Shown here one piece after another: positions 20,708 to 32,906 of a stretch of DNA of 64,000 nucleotides. The notes under the pieces are model-generated. The model saw only the letters and a program-made list of their open reading frames with translations. It did no database searches and had not been told where the DNA came from. Source of the stretch: an uncultured virus (IMG/VR IMGVR_UViG_2030936005_000022) (Duplodnaviria > Heunggongvirae > Uroviricota > Caudoviricetes); IMG/VR virus record IMGVR_UViG_2030936005_000022, positions 1-64,000 of that record. The stretch is one strand, 5' to 3'. Numbering within the stretch: position 1 is the first letter of the stretch; each line of letters begins with the position of its first letter. The position numbers and the translations under genes were made by a program.

Positions 20708-21703
20708 TTACTCATCTCTATTATTTAATGATTGTATAATCTGCTTAACTTTATCTGCATCACCAGATAGCATAATGTCAGCAGCCATAAGTGAAAGTTT
20801 GTCAGCCCGACTAAGCAACATCATAATCTTACGTGCTTGTGGATGTGCTTTGATTTTATCCGCTAAACCTTTGAGTTTATCACCTTCTTTTCGGTCATCC
20901 TCTTTAGCATCGTTATCATCAACCGCCTTTTCCTGATCTACTTTTTCTTCTTCATGACGATCTTCAGGATTAGCAGTACTGGTATCATCTACCTCAGAAT
21001 CTACGTCATCGCGAATTTTATCATTTTCTTCTTTATGATCATCTTTCTTAGCTACGATATCATCTTTTGCTTTTGATGCCATACCTTTAGGTAACATTTT
21101 ACCATCAGCACTAATGAAACGATCATCACCAACATAGGTATATTCTTTACCTTTACTGGAGGTCCAAGTACTTTTACCAATTTTTAGTTCGCTTGAACTA
21201 TTTTCGTCTTCAATTTTACGAATAGCTGCTTGTTCTAATGGACGAGCAGCCGAAATATTAACTTTAAGTCTAGGTTGGGAACCACTAATATACCATTCCC
21301 CACCTTTCTTGTAATATGATTTACCTTTACCAGATACGTATACATAACCGTCTGGAACAGAAGCTAGTGGTTCATCACCATCTGCTTCCATTATAGAATG
21401 ACTAATGCTAAGGCTTTCAGCGATAACATTACCGTTTTGAGTAAATTTACCTTCACCGATAAAAGTATAATCCGCACCTTTATGCTTATATACGTTACCA
21501 ATTTTCATACTAGAAGATGAATTATGTTCAACAATTTGTTTTTGAGCACTTACATACATATTTGAGTACTTTGAAGGGTCAATCATTTGCATAGAAGAGT
21601 TATTAAACCATAACCCTTCAACAAACACATATTTTGAACCAGTATGCGACGTGTAAACATAGCCATTCGGAACCAATGAGTTGTTACCGAAAAAATTTAG
21701 CAT
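20708..21703 (-). CDS. Hypothetical virion protein with internal duplication
   Basis: Two VPxGYVY..W / SSxxKIG..YTxxG modules. Confidence 0.55.
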   Translation of the reverse strand: MLNFFGNNSLVPNGYVYTSHTGSKYVFVEGLWFNNSSMQMIDPSKYSNMYVSAQKQIVEHNSSSSMKIGNVYKHKGADYTFIGEGKFTQNGNVIAESLSISHSIMEADGDEPLASVPDGYVYVSGKGKSYYKKGGEWYISGSQPRLKVNISAARPLEQAAIRKIEDENSSSELKIGKSTWTSSKGKEYTYVGDDRFISADGKMLPKGMASKAKDDIVAKKDDHKEENDKIRDDVDSEVDDTSTANPEDRHEEEKVDQEKAVDDNDAKEDDRKEGDKLKGLADKIKAHPQARKIMMLLSRADKLSLMAADIMLSGDADKVKQIIQSLNNRDE

Positions 21704-21716
21704 TATATATCTCCTA

Positions 21717-22262
21717 TTAACTTAGTAGACGTAGAAGTTGTTCACGTTCAGCAGAACTAAGTCCAGAAAGAATACCTTCTAAACCACCAGCTTGTGGTTG
21801 AGGTTGACCTTGCGGCTGTCCCTGTGGTTCACTTTGAGGTTGTCCTTGAGGCTGACCTTGGGGTTGTTCCTGTGGTTGTTCTTCAGGTTGGAATTCGTTC
21901 ATATATTCACGAACCGCTGATAATAGAGCTTGACCAACATCTTTAGGAGAAAAACTTCTACGTTCATTATTACCCAAGAATTTTGGGTCTAATTTATTTC
22001 CTTTGAAAAAGGCAACAACATCACCATATGGTACAGATTGTTGTGCTTTACCATATTTACGCCCAATGTAACGCTTGAAATCCATCCATAGTTTATTAGC
22101 TTCTGCCCCAACTTCAGCAGCACCCTGTTCAATTTGACCTGAACCAAAAGCACCTTTTACTTTACCCTTCGCAGAGTCAATCGCTGATTGTGTTCTTGAA
22201 TAAGGACGTTCATTAATTGTTTGACGGTCACTACCATCAAACATCTCTTCTAACATGCTCAT
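21717..22262 (-). CDS. Hypothetical protein with QPQG repeats
   Basis: 181 aa; RBS GGAGA of the next gene follows. Confidence 0.6.
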   Translation of the reverse strand: MSMLEEMFDGSDRQTINERPYSRTQSAIDSAKGKVKGAFGSGQIEQGAAEVGAEANKLWMDFKRYIGRKYGKAQQSVPYGDVVAFFKGNKLDPKFLGNNERRSFSPKDVGQALLSAVREYMNEFQPEEQPQEQPQGQPQGQPQSEPQGQPQGQPQPQAGGLEGILSGLSSAEREQLLRLLS

Positions 22263-22264
22263 TA

Positions 22265-22807
22265 TTAATCCTTCTTACCGTTAAAGCCAGCAGCAAAGTA
22301 CTTGGCAAAGTTATCACTCTTTTTAGCTAGATTTTCTAAAGCATCTTTAACAGCAGTATCAGCACGTTCTTGACCAGCTAATTCTGCACTATCGGGTTCT
22401 GGTTCACCGAATGGTTGCCCTAGAGTTGGTTCGTACTCGTCAAAGTCGATATCTTCTAGTTCTTGTTCATATTCTAATTCAATTGGTTCACCCTTACCAC
22501 GAACTTTGATATAAGCCTCAGTCCATTTTAATAGGTTGCCAATTTCATAGCGTAGTACTTCAGTTTGAACTCCACGATTACATGTAAAGTCAAACATCCA
22601 AATTTCACCACAATCTAACTCGTAAAAGTCTAGTGGTTTTTCTTGGAACATTAATTTTTTTAGGCCACCAACTTCAACCGCATCGTAGCGATCCATAAGA
22701 CGAGCAGTAATCTTTGCTAGATCTTCTTTAGTTGGTTCCATTGCAAATTTCACTCTGTATTCATATTCAGGAGTGAGAGATGTTAAGATTGTCTGTAGTT
22801 TATTCAT
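22265..22807 (-). CDS. Hypothetical (virion) protein
   Basis: 180 aa; RBS GGAG; TAAATA at 22837-22842. Confidence 0.6.
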   Translation of the reverse strand: MNKLQTILTSLTPEYEYRVKFAMEPTKEDLAKITARLMDRYDAVEVGGLKKLMFQEKPLDFYELDCGEIWMFDFTCNRGVQTEVLRYEIGNLLKWTEAYIKVRGKGEPIELEYEQELEDIDFDEYEPTLGQPFGEPEPDSAELAGQERADTAVKDALENLAKKSDNFAKYFAAGFNGKKD

Positions 22808-22835
22808 TATTAACTCCGGGTCACAGTAGTTTAAT

Positions 22836-24939
<2,104 letters not shown>

Positions 24940-24948
24940 AACCTCTCC

Positions 24949-25722
24949 TTATAACCCTGCTGAACCGAAAATCTTATCTAGAATATCGAGTCCTTGGTTA
25001 ACGTTATCAGGTAGTAATGAATTAATTCTTGAACTATACATTTCTTCAATAGTATCGTACTGTACTACGTTATCTGGCTTAATAGTAATTTTCATCGTTA
25101 CTGGTGAAGATGAACTATAATCTAGTGAGTCATAGTTAATCTCTTGAATAACACAACCGACGCATACAAAGTACTCCATGATTCCATCATTATTATATGA
25201 AGAACCACCAATAAATTGGTCTACTGCGTTGGTTAAGCCTTGGTTGTTAGTTAATGCGGTTGCAACATCTGTAATGGTGTCACGACCTAAATTTGTTAAG
25301 GTATCTTCAGCATTTCTACCATTAAGCATTTGGATAATTACTCCGAATTTATATCCTGAATATTCTTGTTCAGAACGTGCCGTAATTCTTCGTGGGAAGT
25401 CCAATTGTTTTTGGAGTTGTCTTGATAGAGCTTTTGCGGATTCATTACCTACTGAATCTCTAATAGTGAGTACTATCGGATTCCAGTTATGCTTAGTTAC
25501 ATATGACGTATTAGTGGTGAACATATGTAATTGTTGAGTGTTGAACGACACGGTTGGTCTATCTACTTGATCCACATCTAGAGCAATGTGATCACGTTCA
25601 TTTATATCAGTACCGAAGTTATAAACAATCACTCTGAATTTATATTTTGCTTTTGGCTGAAGCATTGTTTTGTTTCTTCCACTTGGTAGAGGAACGCCAT
25701 ATTTGTTTAGCATGTTTGCCAT
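24949..25722 (-). CDS. Tail tube protein paralog 2 (gp19-like)
   Basis: QPKAKYKFRV, W-PIVLTIRD, YDSLDYSSS. Confidence 0.75.
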   Translation of the reverse strand: MANMLNKYGVPLPSGRNKTMLQPKAKYKFRVIVYNFGTDINERDHIALDVDQVDRPTVSFNTQQLHMFTTNTSYVTKHNWNPIVLTIRDSVGNESAKALSRQLQKQLDFPRRITARSEQEYSGYKFGVIIQMLNGRNAEDTLTNLGRDTITDVATALTNNQGLTNAVDQFIGGSSYNNDGIMEYFVCVGCVIQEINYDSLDYSSSSPVTMKITIKPDNVVQYDTIEEMYSSRINSLLPDNVNQGLDILDKIFGSAGL

Positions 25723-25766
25723 AAAGTAACCCCTATTTAATTTTTGGATCATACATTATTTAGCAT

Positions 25767-25794
25767 AAAAAAAGCCCCAGACGAATCTAGGGCT
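25767..25794 (-). terminator. Intrinsic terminator
   Basis: Minus strand AGCCCTAGA-TTCG-TCTGGGGCT-TTTTT. Confidence 0.8.
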
Positions 25795-25806
25795 ATGATC
25801 TTTAAA

Positions 25807-26493
25807 TTAGTTATTAAAGAAGTTACTATCAGTAAGAGAAGTCGTACTGATTGCGGTTTGTGCACCAGAGATGGTACTTGCGTTAGCAGGTGTACCGTTA
25901 CCAGTTACATCGTCACCTAGAGGTAGACCAGTTGGGCCAAGTAGAGCACACGCATCCGGTTGGATGGTGACAGAGATTACTTGTGGATCAGAACTTGAAT
26001 AGTCCCAATCACCAAAGTTTGTATCAGCGATGAAACAACCTTGGCATACCCATGTATTTTGCGTACCTTGATAAAGGTTAGTAGTAGTTTCACTGTTTGA
26101 ACCGTCGAGTACTTGAATCCACATTTCAAACTTGAACTGTACGTCAGCAATACGAGATTCCTGTGTGTAGTAGTTAAATTCTTTACGCATTTGATTATAC
26201 AATGCTTTTAAAGATGAGTTACCTACGGAGTCACGGAAAGCTAGTTCGATTTCACTCCAAGTGTACTTACCTTTGTAGTGTGCACTACTGTTATAACTGT
26301 GTACAGTTACGTTTTCATGCGATACGTGCGGTGAAGCTACTGTATTAGTATCGATTGTAATAAAATCACCATCTTCCGCAGCACCGAAGCCGAAGAAAAT
26401 TACACGAAACTTGTATTTCGCTTTAGGCTGTTTCATTGCAATACGACCACCACCAGCTAGTGGAACACCATATTTATCCAACATATTTGCCAT
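25807..26493 (-). CDS. Tail tube protein paralog 1 (gp19-like)
   Basis: QPKAKYKFRV, GKYTWSEIELAFRD, GDWDYSSS; directly downstream of the sheath gene. Confidence 0.8.
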   Translation of the reverse strand: MANMLDKYGVPLAGGGRIAMKQPKAKYKFRVIFFGFGAAEDGDFITIDTNTVASPHVSHENVTVHSYNSSAHYKGKYTWSEIELAFRDSVGNSSLKALYNQMRKEFNYYTQESRIADVQFKFEMWIQVLDGSNSETTTNLYQGTQNTWVCQGCFIADTNFGDWDYSSSDPQVISVTIQPDACALLGPTGLPLGDDVTGNGTPANASTISGAQTAISTTSLTDSNFFNN

Positions 26494-26562
26494 ATTGTTC
26501 TCCCAAAATTGGAATTATATCTTTAATATATTTATTAGAAAAGATTCCATCATCGGAGTTAC

Positions 26563-26591
26563 AAAAAAGTAAAGGGGCTAAAAGCCCCTTT
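26563..26591 (-). terminator. Intrinsic terminator
   Basis: AAAGGGGCT-AAA-AGCCCCTTT followed by a T-run on the minus strand. Confidence 0.7.
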
Positions 26592-26601
26592 GGATGTATT
26601 G

Positions 26602-29253
26602 TTATGCCGAAGCAGTTTTCTCAATACGGATTGGAATGTAGATAAAGTTAATACTACGTACTGGCTGGATTGCGATATCCATCCACAATTCGTTTCTATC
26701 GATACGAGTTGGGGTGTTGTTGGATTCGTCACAAACAACTAGGAAGTCGTATAGACCGTTTAGTTGTAGAATCTCAGCTAGGAAACTGTTAACTACGCCT
26801 GTGAACTCTTGACGAGTACTTGCAGTGTTTAGACGGAACAAGAACGGATCAGCAAGAATCTCTAGTTGGCGACGGATGTAAACTACTAGACGAGCTACGT
26901 TTACACGGCTTAGAGCACTACCTTCATCAGCAGCTAGTGTTTTATCACCAAATACTAATAGACCACGGCTTGGACGCATTGCAATCGGGTTAATCTTGTT
27001 AACGTACATAGTGTCACGTTGACCGTTGTTATATACTACTGGAGAGTATTCACCTTCGTCATTAATGTAACCTACAGAAGCAGCGTTACTTACAACACCA
27101 CGTTGAGTACCAGCAGGTGGGAACCAAACATAAGAAACAGAGTCACTATATGCATAGGTACGCATCGCGATTGTACTACCCGGTACTGCAACTTCTTCAC
27201 CATCAACGTTAGTACTTAAGCACCAACCCATGTACTGTGCAGCGTAAGCATAAGCAGTAGTACGACCAATGTCACCATTACTTGGAGCATTGTTTGCGTT
27301 GGTAGCCCATTCTTGAATGGAAGTAGCAACTGGTTTTAGACGTGCTGGAACATCAGTTACAATGAAAGCAGTTTCTTTACGATCAGTGTTTAGTGTTACG
27401 AACTCATCAAGTAGTTCTACATAACCCGGTGAACACATTAGGTTAAAGTCAATAAACTCAGAACGAATTGCTTCGTTACCAACGATTACCGCAGCTAGTG
27501 CTTCTACAATGATTTGACGCTGTGCGTGACGACCGAATAGACCGCTACCATCAATTGCAACACCACTAACAACTTTCCATTTACCATCAACCATTTGTTT
27601 AACAACACCTTCGGTGTTACCCATGTCAACAGCGAGCATACCATTTTGATAAAGGTTTGCACTTGGAACTTCGTCGTTGAAGTCTTCGTAGATCATACCG
27701 TTTAGAGTACTTTGATCTGCTGGATCAAGTTTAACCCACTCACCACGTACATTACGGTAGAAGTTATAACCATCAACACCTTGTGATAGCGGGAGTACCC
27801 AGAAATCACGGTCAGCGGCAGGTTCATCAACTTGTAGATACATGTTGTTATTTTGGATTAGATCCCAATCTTCAGTACTTAGGTTAGCTACATAAAGAGT
27901 TACTTGTAGATTATCAGAGTTGCTGAAATCGTACCAGTAAGTACCATCTGCTGCTTTAGCACGTGGAGCACTTGATGCAACACGAAGAATCTGTGGGTTA
28001 ACTAGAGAATAGTTACTACTATCAACGGTTAGTTTAGCAATGTTAGTTGCATCAAACGTAGATTCACCACTTTGTACAGTTTTGAAGCTATAACCAAGTT
28101 TGTTACTAATAACAACACCGTTGCTTTGTACAGAGAAAGAGAAGCCATCGTTGATTAGTTGAGCAACACGGTTAAGACTTGCAACGATAGTAGCAGAGTT
28201 CTTAATTTGTCCAGTTGGAACAACTAGCACTTTAACAGATTTGTTTAGGTAACTTAAAGTTAGGAAACAATCAGCTTGTGCAATATCTAGACTAATTTCA
28301 CCAACTGGAGTAGCAGGAGCACTCGTAGTAACTAGGTTACCAGTTTTGGTGTATAGTGAGAAACTATAACTATCCCAATCGAATAGTGCAGCGAAATAAG
28401 CATTACTTGATACGCCAGTTTTAGATTCGATTTCGTAGAATGAACTACCAGTGAAGGTTTCAACTGGAACCCATACTTTAGTTAGAGAAGCATAACGCTT
28501 AACAACAAAGCGAGTACCGAAGTAGTTAGAACCATTCTTAACATAACCGTCACGAATCCAGATATCACCTACGTGAATAGCAGAACCAGTTGGCACTTTG
28601 TTAATTGGTGATAGATACGTTTCTACTTGTACTAGACCAGCACTTTCAAATTTGTATACTAGCATCTGTCCAGTACTTGGAACATGACGGATTAGTAGAT
28701 CATCGACGTTTAGACCGACAGTACTTACATCACCGATTAGTTCAGCACTAACGATGCGAACTGGTTTTAAAGTCCAGTCATAAAAACTTTGTGGGTTAGC
28801 TACATTAGCAACATATGCTTCAACTTGCGTTTCAAATGTATCTAGCCATAGAGTACCATTTGGAACATCACCAGTAGGTTCAGTGCCAGATGGTTGTAGT
28901 TGGTTAAGGTCAAGGTCAGCACGTACTACATACGCACGGTTAGCAATCCCCATATAGCTGTATAGACCGTGGAGGCCATACTCGTTTAGCTCATCACCTT
29001 GAACTACGGAACCTAAATGCTTTTGGAACACTGGTGTGCCAAACATATCTAGGGCGTTTTTTTGTGAGGTAATAAGTTGTAACTTACCTGCGTTTGCAGC
29101 TAACGTACCAGAAGCGATAGCAGAACTACCGGGAACTAGCTTGTCTTGTGCAGTTGCGATTACGAAAAGTGGCACAGTTCCGGGTGCGGATTGTGCAGAA
29201 ATCGATTCGTCTGTTACGGTTACACTTACACCGGGTGATAATAAATCAGCCAT
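26602..29253 (-). CDS. Tail sheath protein (gp18-like)
   Basis: LSPGVSV start, WFPPAGTQRG, INPI, FGDKT, RVNVARL, VVCDESNNTP. Confidence 0.95.
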   Translation of the reverse strand: MADLLSPGVSVTVTDESISAQSAPGTVPLFVIATAQDKLVPGSSAIASGTLAANAGKLQLITSQKNALDMFGTPVFQKHLGSVVQGDELNEYGLHGLYSYMGIANRAYVVRADLDLNQLQPSGTEPTGDVPNGTLWLDTFETQVEAYVANVANPQSFYDWTLKPVRIVSAELIGDVSTVGLNVDDLLIRHVPSTGQMLVYKFESAGLVQVETYLSPINKVPTGSAIHVGDIWIRDGYVKNGSNYFGTRFVVKRYASLTKVWVPVETFTGSSFYEIESKTGVSSNAYFAALFDWDSYSFSLYTKTGNLVTTSAPATPVGEISLDIAQADCFLTLSYLNKSVKVLVVPTGQIKNSATIVASLNRVAQLINDGFSFSVQSNGVVISNKLGYSFKTVQSGESTFDATNIAKLTVDSSNYSLVNPQILRVASSAPRAKAADGTYWYDFSNSDNLQVTLYVANLSTEDWDLIQNNNMYLQVDEPAADRDFWVLPLSQGVDGYNFYRNVRGEWVKLDPADQSTLNGMIYEDFNDEVPSANLYQNGMLAVDMGNTEGVVKQMVDGKWKVVSGVAIDGSGLFGRHAQRQIIVEALAAVIVGNEAIRSEFIDFNLMCSPGYVELLDEFVTLNTDRKETAFIVTDVPARLKPVATSIQEWATNANNAPSNGDIGRTTAYAYAAQYMGWCLSTNVDGEEVAVPGSTIAMRTYAYSDSVSYVWFPPAGTQRGVVSNAASVGYINDEGEYSPVVYNNGQRDTMYVNKINPIAMRPSRGLLVFGDKTLAADEGSALSRVNVARLVVYIRRQLEILADPFLFRLNTASTRQEFTGVVNSFLAEILQLNGLYDFLVVCDESNNTPTRIDRNELWMDIAIQPVRSINFIYIPIRIEKTASA

Positions 29254-29258
29254 TTAAA

Positions 29259-29314
29259 ATCCTCCAAATTAATTGGTTTTCGAATATTCGTTATACCATT
29301 ATTTATTGGAGGAT
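29259..29314 (-). promoter_or_regulatory. Late promoter TAAATA inside an RBS-sequestering hairpin (sheath)
   Basis: Inverted repeat ATCCTCCAA (29259-67) / TTGGAGGAT (29306-14) covers the RBS; TATTTA at 29300-05. Confidence 0.7.
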
Positions 29315-29337
29315 AGAAACTTAGGTGTAGAAAGTAG

Positions 29338-29970
29338 TTAGTTTTGGTCGTTGATGCCGTGAAGTATCCATTCGGCCTGTAATTGTAATTTTTCTAAAGT
29401 ACTGTCATTTTTAACTACATAATGTGGCTTATTGATACCAATCCAAGCCCATTCGGAACTATGGATATCATTCAATGATTCAGGTTTTTCACAACCCCTT
29501 ACATTGTAGGTATAAGCATCAGCATACCATGATGGCAAATCTCTCTGTACTTCGATAATAGTACCACCATTAGCACGGATCATTCGTAATTCATTGGGGA
29601 AACGACAATCAGTAATGATAATGTTACCTTCTACTTCCATCATATCTTTTTCTAGGCTGAAAACCCAGATATCATTATGGAAGTGCTTGCGAAGTACATC
29701 AGTTCCATAATTTTGTAGTACCCAACGCGGGGATACACAATCTAATTCAAGACGTTTACACCAGAATGGGTCTGGTAGTTCTCGAATTGCTCTGGACTCA
29801 TCAGTAGTACCTTCTAGCATTTCACGATCCCAACCAAAGATAGCTGCTACCGAATCTTTTAGGTTAGTTGCAAAGGACATACGTTGATATCCACCTTCGA
29901 TGAAGGTTTTAGCAAAGGTATCTTTCCCAGAACCAATGCATCCATTTATTGCTACGATATTTCTTTCCAT
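29338..29970 (-). CDS. Deoxynucleoside monophosphate kinase (gp1-like)
   Basis: GCIGSGKDT, PRWVLQNYGTDVLR, IITDCRFPNE, HSSE. Confidence 0.92.
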   Translation of the reverse strand: MERNIVAINGCIGSGKDTFAKTFIEGGYQRMSFATNLKDSVAAIFGWDREMLEGTTDESRAIRELPDPFWCKRLELDCVSPRWVLQNYGTDVLRKHFHNDIWVFSLEKDMMEVEGNIIITDCRFPNELRMIRANGGTIIEVQRDLPSWYADAYTYNVRGCEKPESLNDIHSSEWAWIGINKPHYVVKNDSTLEKLQLQAEWILHGINDQN

Positions 29971-29981
29971 GTTATACCTAT

Positions 29982-30011
29982 AAAAAAAGGAAGTGACCAT
30001 AAGCCACTTCC
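29982..30011 (-). terminator. Intrinsic terminator
   Basis: Minus strand GGAAGTGG-CTTATGG-TCACTTCC-TTTTTTT. Confidence 0.75.
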
Positions 30012-30019
30012 GTATTTGT

Positions 30020-30808
30020 TTATCCAATTATGAAACCTAATGGCATTCCACCATCTTTATAGTTACGCAATTGTTGTTCTAATTTTTCTTGTAATGCAAA
30101 ACCTTCTTGACGTAAAGTGTCACCATCCATTGAGAATGTACCTTGTGGTCCGGGTAGTGTTGCAAACTTAGAACGGTTTGTACCCAACATAATCTTAGCT
30201 TCTGCTAAAGTCCAGTCACGAATCCAAGGATAGGACATTTGTTGACGGAATAGCATTTCTTCAGGAACGTTTTGGAACACATGTAGTAGTACTTCTTCTG
30301 TTCCACGAATATCACGGTCAATGATTAGTTTCTTGTTAACGGAGTTCCATTGGAAGATGATTTCACGACCAAATAGACGTGCAACCGTTTCATCAAACTG
30401 GTGATATAGATCGTATGTTAGTAATCCACCACCTGTTGCACCACGCACAGCACTAAGCAAATAAGTATTACTATATGCTAGTGAGAATGGGTCAACTGTT
30501 GAACCTTCACCACTTACTACACCGTTACCACGGCGATAGATTCTGCGAACAATTTCAACTTCAGTAGGTAGTACATACACTGACTCAGAAGGGTATAATT
30601 TCATATGTAAAAATGCTTCTTCTTTTGAAGCACTTGACCATGCACGATAGTTTTCTACAGCATTATCAATCGCAATTTCAAGCTGCCCGTCAGTAATTTC
30701 AACGTTTACTGCACCAGCACCTAACATTTGCGTGATTTTATCTTTTAGTTTTTCTCGGTGGTCAAACTGTGGTGATTCTGGATCACCGCCTTGATAATCA
30801 TAAGACAT
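30020..30808 (-). CDS. Neck protein (gp13-like)
   Basis: LGAGAVNVEITDGQL, WIRDWTLAEAK, RSKFATLPGPQG, GFIIG end. Confidence 0.85.
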   Translation of the reverse strand: MSYDYQGGDPESPQFDHREKLKDKITQMLGAGAVNVEITDGQLEIAIDNAVENYRAWSSASKEEAFLHMKLYPSESVYVLPTEVEIVRRIYRRGNGVVSGEGSTVDPFSLAYSNTYLLSAVRGATGGGLLTYDLYHQFDETVARLFGREIIFQWNSVNKKLIIDRDIRGTEEVLLHVFQNVPEEMLFRQQMSYPWIRDWTLAEAKIMLGTNRSKFATLPGPQGTFSMDGDTLRQEGFALQEKLEQQLRNYKDGGMPLGFIIG

Positions 30809-30812
30809 AAAG

Positions 30813-30852
30813 AACCCCTATAATTGTATTATCTACAATATTTATAGGGGTT
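30813..30852 (-). promoter_or_regulatory. Late promoter TATAAATA inside an RBS-sequestering hairpin (neck)
   Basis: Inverted repeat AACCCCTATAA (30813-23) / TTATAGGGGTT (30842-52); exact T4 late consensus at 30839-46. Confidence 0.75.
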
Positions 30853-30859
30853 GAGATCA

Positions 30860-31237
30860 TTACGCTTCAGTACAGTTCTGTAGATGGAAGTCTAGGCGAT
30901 CACCAGCAAAGGGACCAAGTACTAGAACGCTTTCACCATCACCATAACCACTGGCTGGAACCGTTTCTAGACTAACCGCTTGGTATTCGATACTATCTAG
31001 CTCTAGACGCTCATCGGCGTAGAATACGCGAATTACGCCATCATTCTCGGAAACCCATTTCTCATAGGTTTCTTTGAACTGCTTAGTTTCGAATGAACCC
31101 AAGTTGTTTGCTTTACCGGGTGTATATTGTGCTAGTAGTACTTGAGTACCACGAACAAGTTCTTTTGCAACTACATCTGGGGATGTGCCTTTTAGAATTA
31201 CAATTGCTTGATAAATGCTTGGGTTAGTCTGGTTCAT
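30860..31237 (-). CDS. Degenerate peptidyl-tRNA hydrolase 2 (Pth2)-like protein
   Basis: YQAIVI start, central W, ELxxI, VLVLGP..LD end match the Pth2 layout; the catalytic K and DAGxT motif are not evident. Confidence 0.45.
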   Translation of the reverse strand: MNQTNPSIYQAIVILKGTSPDVVAKELVRGTQVLLAQYTPGKANNLGSFETKQFKETYEKWVSENDGVIRVFYADERLELDSIEYQAVSLETVPASGYGDGESVLVLGPFAGDRLDFHLQNCTEA

Positions 31238-31246
31238 TATTACCTC

Positions 31247-31579
31247 TTATTTGGCTACGACAATCTTGTTGTCAGGAACGAAAATCTGTGATTTAGGTTC
31301 AGCGGCAGCTTCTAGTGCAGCAATGTATGCTTGTGCTAGACCAGCTTCAGGAGTACTAATAGAAATAATGTTATATTTCATGAATACTACTTCAGAATCT
31401 AGATCACTAATACCGCCGAGGTAGTCATTAATCGCTAGATCATGAGTTTCTGGGTCAGTACCTAGAATTGCTGGATTGGTCACGATGATTTGTTCATCAT
31501 TGTGTGCTTGCATAACTGCTAGTACTGGACCCATACCGTTGATGTTTAGTAGTTTAACATTCGTTGTCATTTTTGTCAA
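31247..31579 (-). CDS. Hypothetical protein
   Basis: 110 aa ORF with phage-like codon use. Confidence 0.6.
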   Translation of the reverse strand: MTKMTTNVKLLNINGMGPVLAVMQAHNDEQIIVTNPAILGTDPETHDLAINDYLGGISDLDSEVVFMKYNIISISTPEAGLAQAYIAALEAAAEPKSQIFVPDNKIVVAK

Positions 31580-31595
31580 TCCTTTGATTTATTTT

Positions 31596-32068
31596 TTATT
31601 TCAATATGTATAGATGTTTAGATGCATTTGTAATGCGGTGGTCAATGATTTCCGATATCACATCCCAGCACCCGCCGCCTAAGTCTGCCCCAATTTTAGG
31701 GAAGTGGAGATTTGTGCATCTCCCCGTTTCAGCGATAAAATCATTCATGTCTTTGAAGACAGTATCAATCGCATCATAGCTAACGTATTTTTCACCGTCA
31801 TAGCCATAAAATTCCTGAGTAATAGCATTCGCGATTAGTAAATTTTGATTAGCTAAGTAGTATACAGTACTTCCAAGTTTTAAACCTTCAGTTTCATGTA
31901 CTTTTTTGTATTCTTCATATGCAGCAGGATAACGTTCACGAAGTTCTTTAGCAAACCGGAACCCATACGACCTTGTGCATTACAACCATGTACTATAATA
32001 TGTAAATGGTCAGAGTTAACTGATAAACTGTACTTATCAAATAAATTACCATACGATGAATGTATCAT
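31596..32068 (-). CDS. Macrodomain protein (ADP-ribose processing), apparent -1 frameshift at 31953-31955
   Basis: IVHGCNAQGRMGSG, then in the other frame AKELRERYP..NAITQ..YDAI..FPKIGADLGGGCW..I. Confidence 0.85.
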
Positions 32069-32082
32069 AATATCCTCAGATG

Positions 32083-32112
32083 AAAAAAGGACTCTTGTTC
32101 AGGAGTCCTTTT
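32083..32112 (-). terminator. Intrinsic terminator
   Basis: AAAAGGGACTCTTG / CAGGAGTCCTTTT inverted repeat. Confidence 0.75.
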
Positions 32113-32120
32113 AATTATTA

Positions 32121-32363
32121 TTATTCAGTTCCAAAACGTAAACGTTTTAGTTCTTTGCGATGTTTTCTGGCTGTTGTACTTTTGTGGAGGCGATTACTTT
32201 TTTCTGTTGATTTTGTTAGATACCAATCATCTTCTGGAACTTCATAGTCACAGAATCCATTCTCGGTAATAGTACCTAAAAATGCCGACTTCCGAGGAAT
32301 TGCGGTTACTTTAGGTTGACTCTCAAAGATGCCTTGAGCTAATTTTTCACGAAAACTAAGCAT
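32121..32363 (-). CDS. Hypothetical protein
   Basis: ATG 32363 with RBS GGGAGA. Confidence 0.55.
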   Translation of the reverse strand: MLSFREKLAQGIFESQPKVTAIPRKSAFLGTITENGFCDYEVPEDDWYLTKSTEKSNRLHKSTTARKHRKELKRLRFGTE

Positions 32364-32409
32364 AGTGTTTCTCCCAAATTTTTTAACATGAAGGATTGTT
32401 CCTTCATAA

Positions 32410-32658
32410 TTATTTATTGTTGGTTTTTTGAAGAAAATCAACAACCTCTTGTGGGGAACATACCTTGAAAACTTCTTCTAGTAAAGCATCATACTCCGCT
32501 TTACGTTCACTGTACTTACGTAGTGCAGCCATTCTCTTACGGGTAGCTGTCTCAATACCATCTACATCAAGAGGCTGGAAATCAACCCCTAGACGCTTTG
32601 CTAGTTCTTCTGCACGAGAAGTACATTTAGTATGAAAATCACTGATCGTTTGAGTCAT
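32410..32658 (-). CDS. Hypothetical protein
   Basis: Likely ATG 32658 overlapping the glutaredoxin end. Confidence 0.55.
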   Translation of the reverse strand: MTQTISDFHTKCTSRAEELAKRLGVDFQPLDVDGIETATRKRMAALRKYSERKAEYDALLEEVFKVCSPQEVVDFLQKTNNK

Positions 32659-32905
32659 CTTGTTTCTCACTTTTTGCTTTGAGGAATTTAATGAACTCAG
32701 TACATCCACCAACGTACTCATCATCCACAAAAATTTGTGGTACAGTACTAACTGGCTTACCAACAATTTCGATTAGATCGTCTTTTGTCATACCAGTACT
32801 TTCCATATCGATAAATTCCATATCGAATTTGTTCTGGACGCAAATATCTTTTGCTGTGGTGCAATAAGGGCAACCAACTGAACGACCATAAATTTTTACT
32901 TTCAT
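32639..32905 (-). CDS. Glutaredoxin
   Basis: CPYC, TVPQIF, YVGG. Confidence 0.93.
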   Translation of the reverse strand: MKVKIYGRSVGCPYCTTAKDICVQNKFDMEFIDMESTGMTKDDLIEIVGKPVSTVPQIFVDDEYVGGCTEFIKFLKAKSEKQDDSNDQ

Positions 32906-32906
32906 C

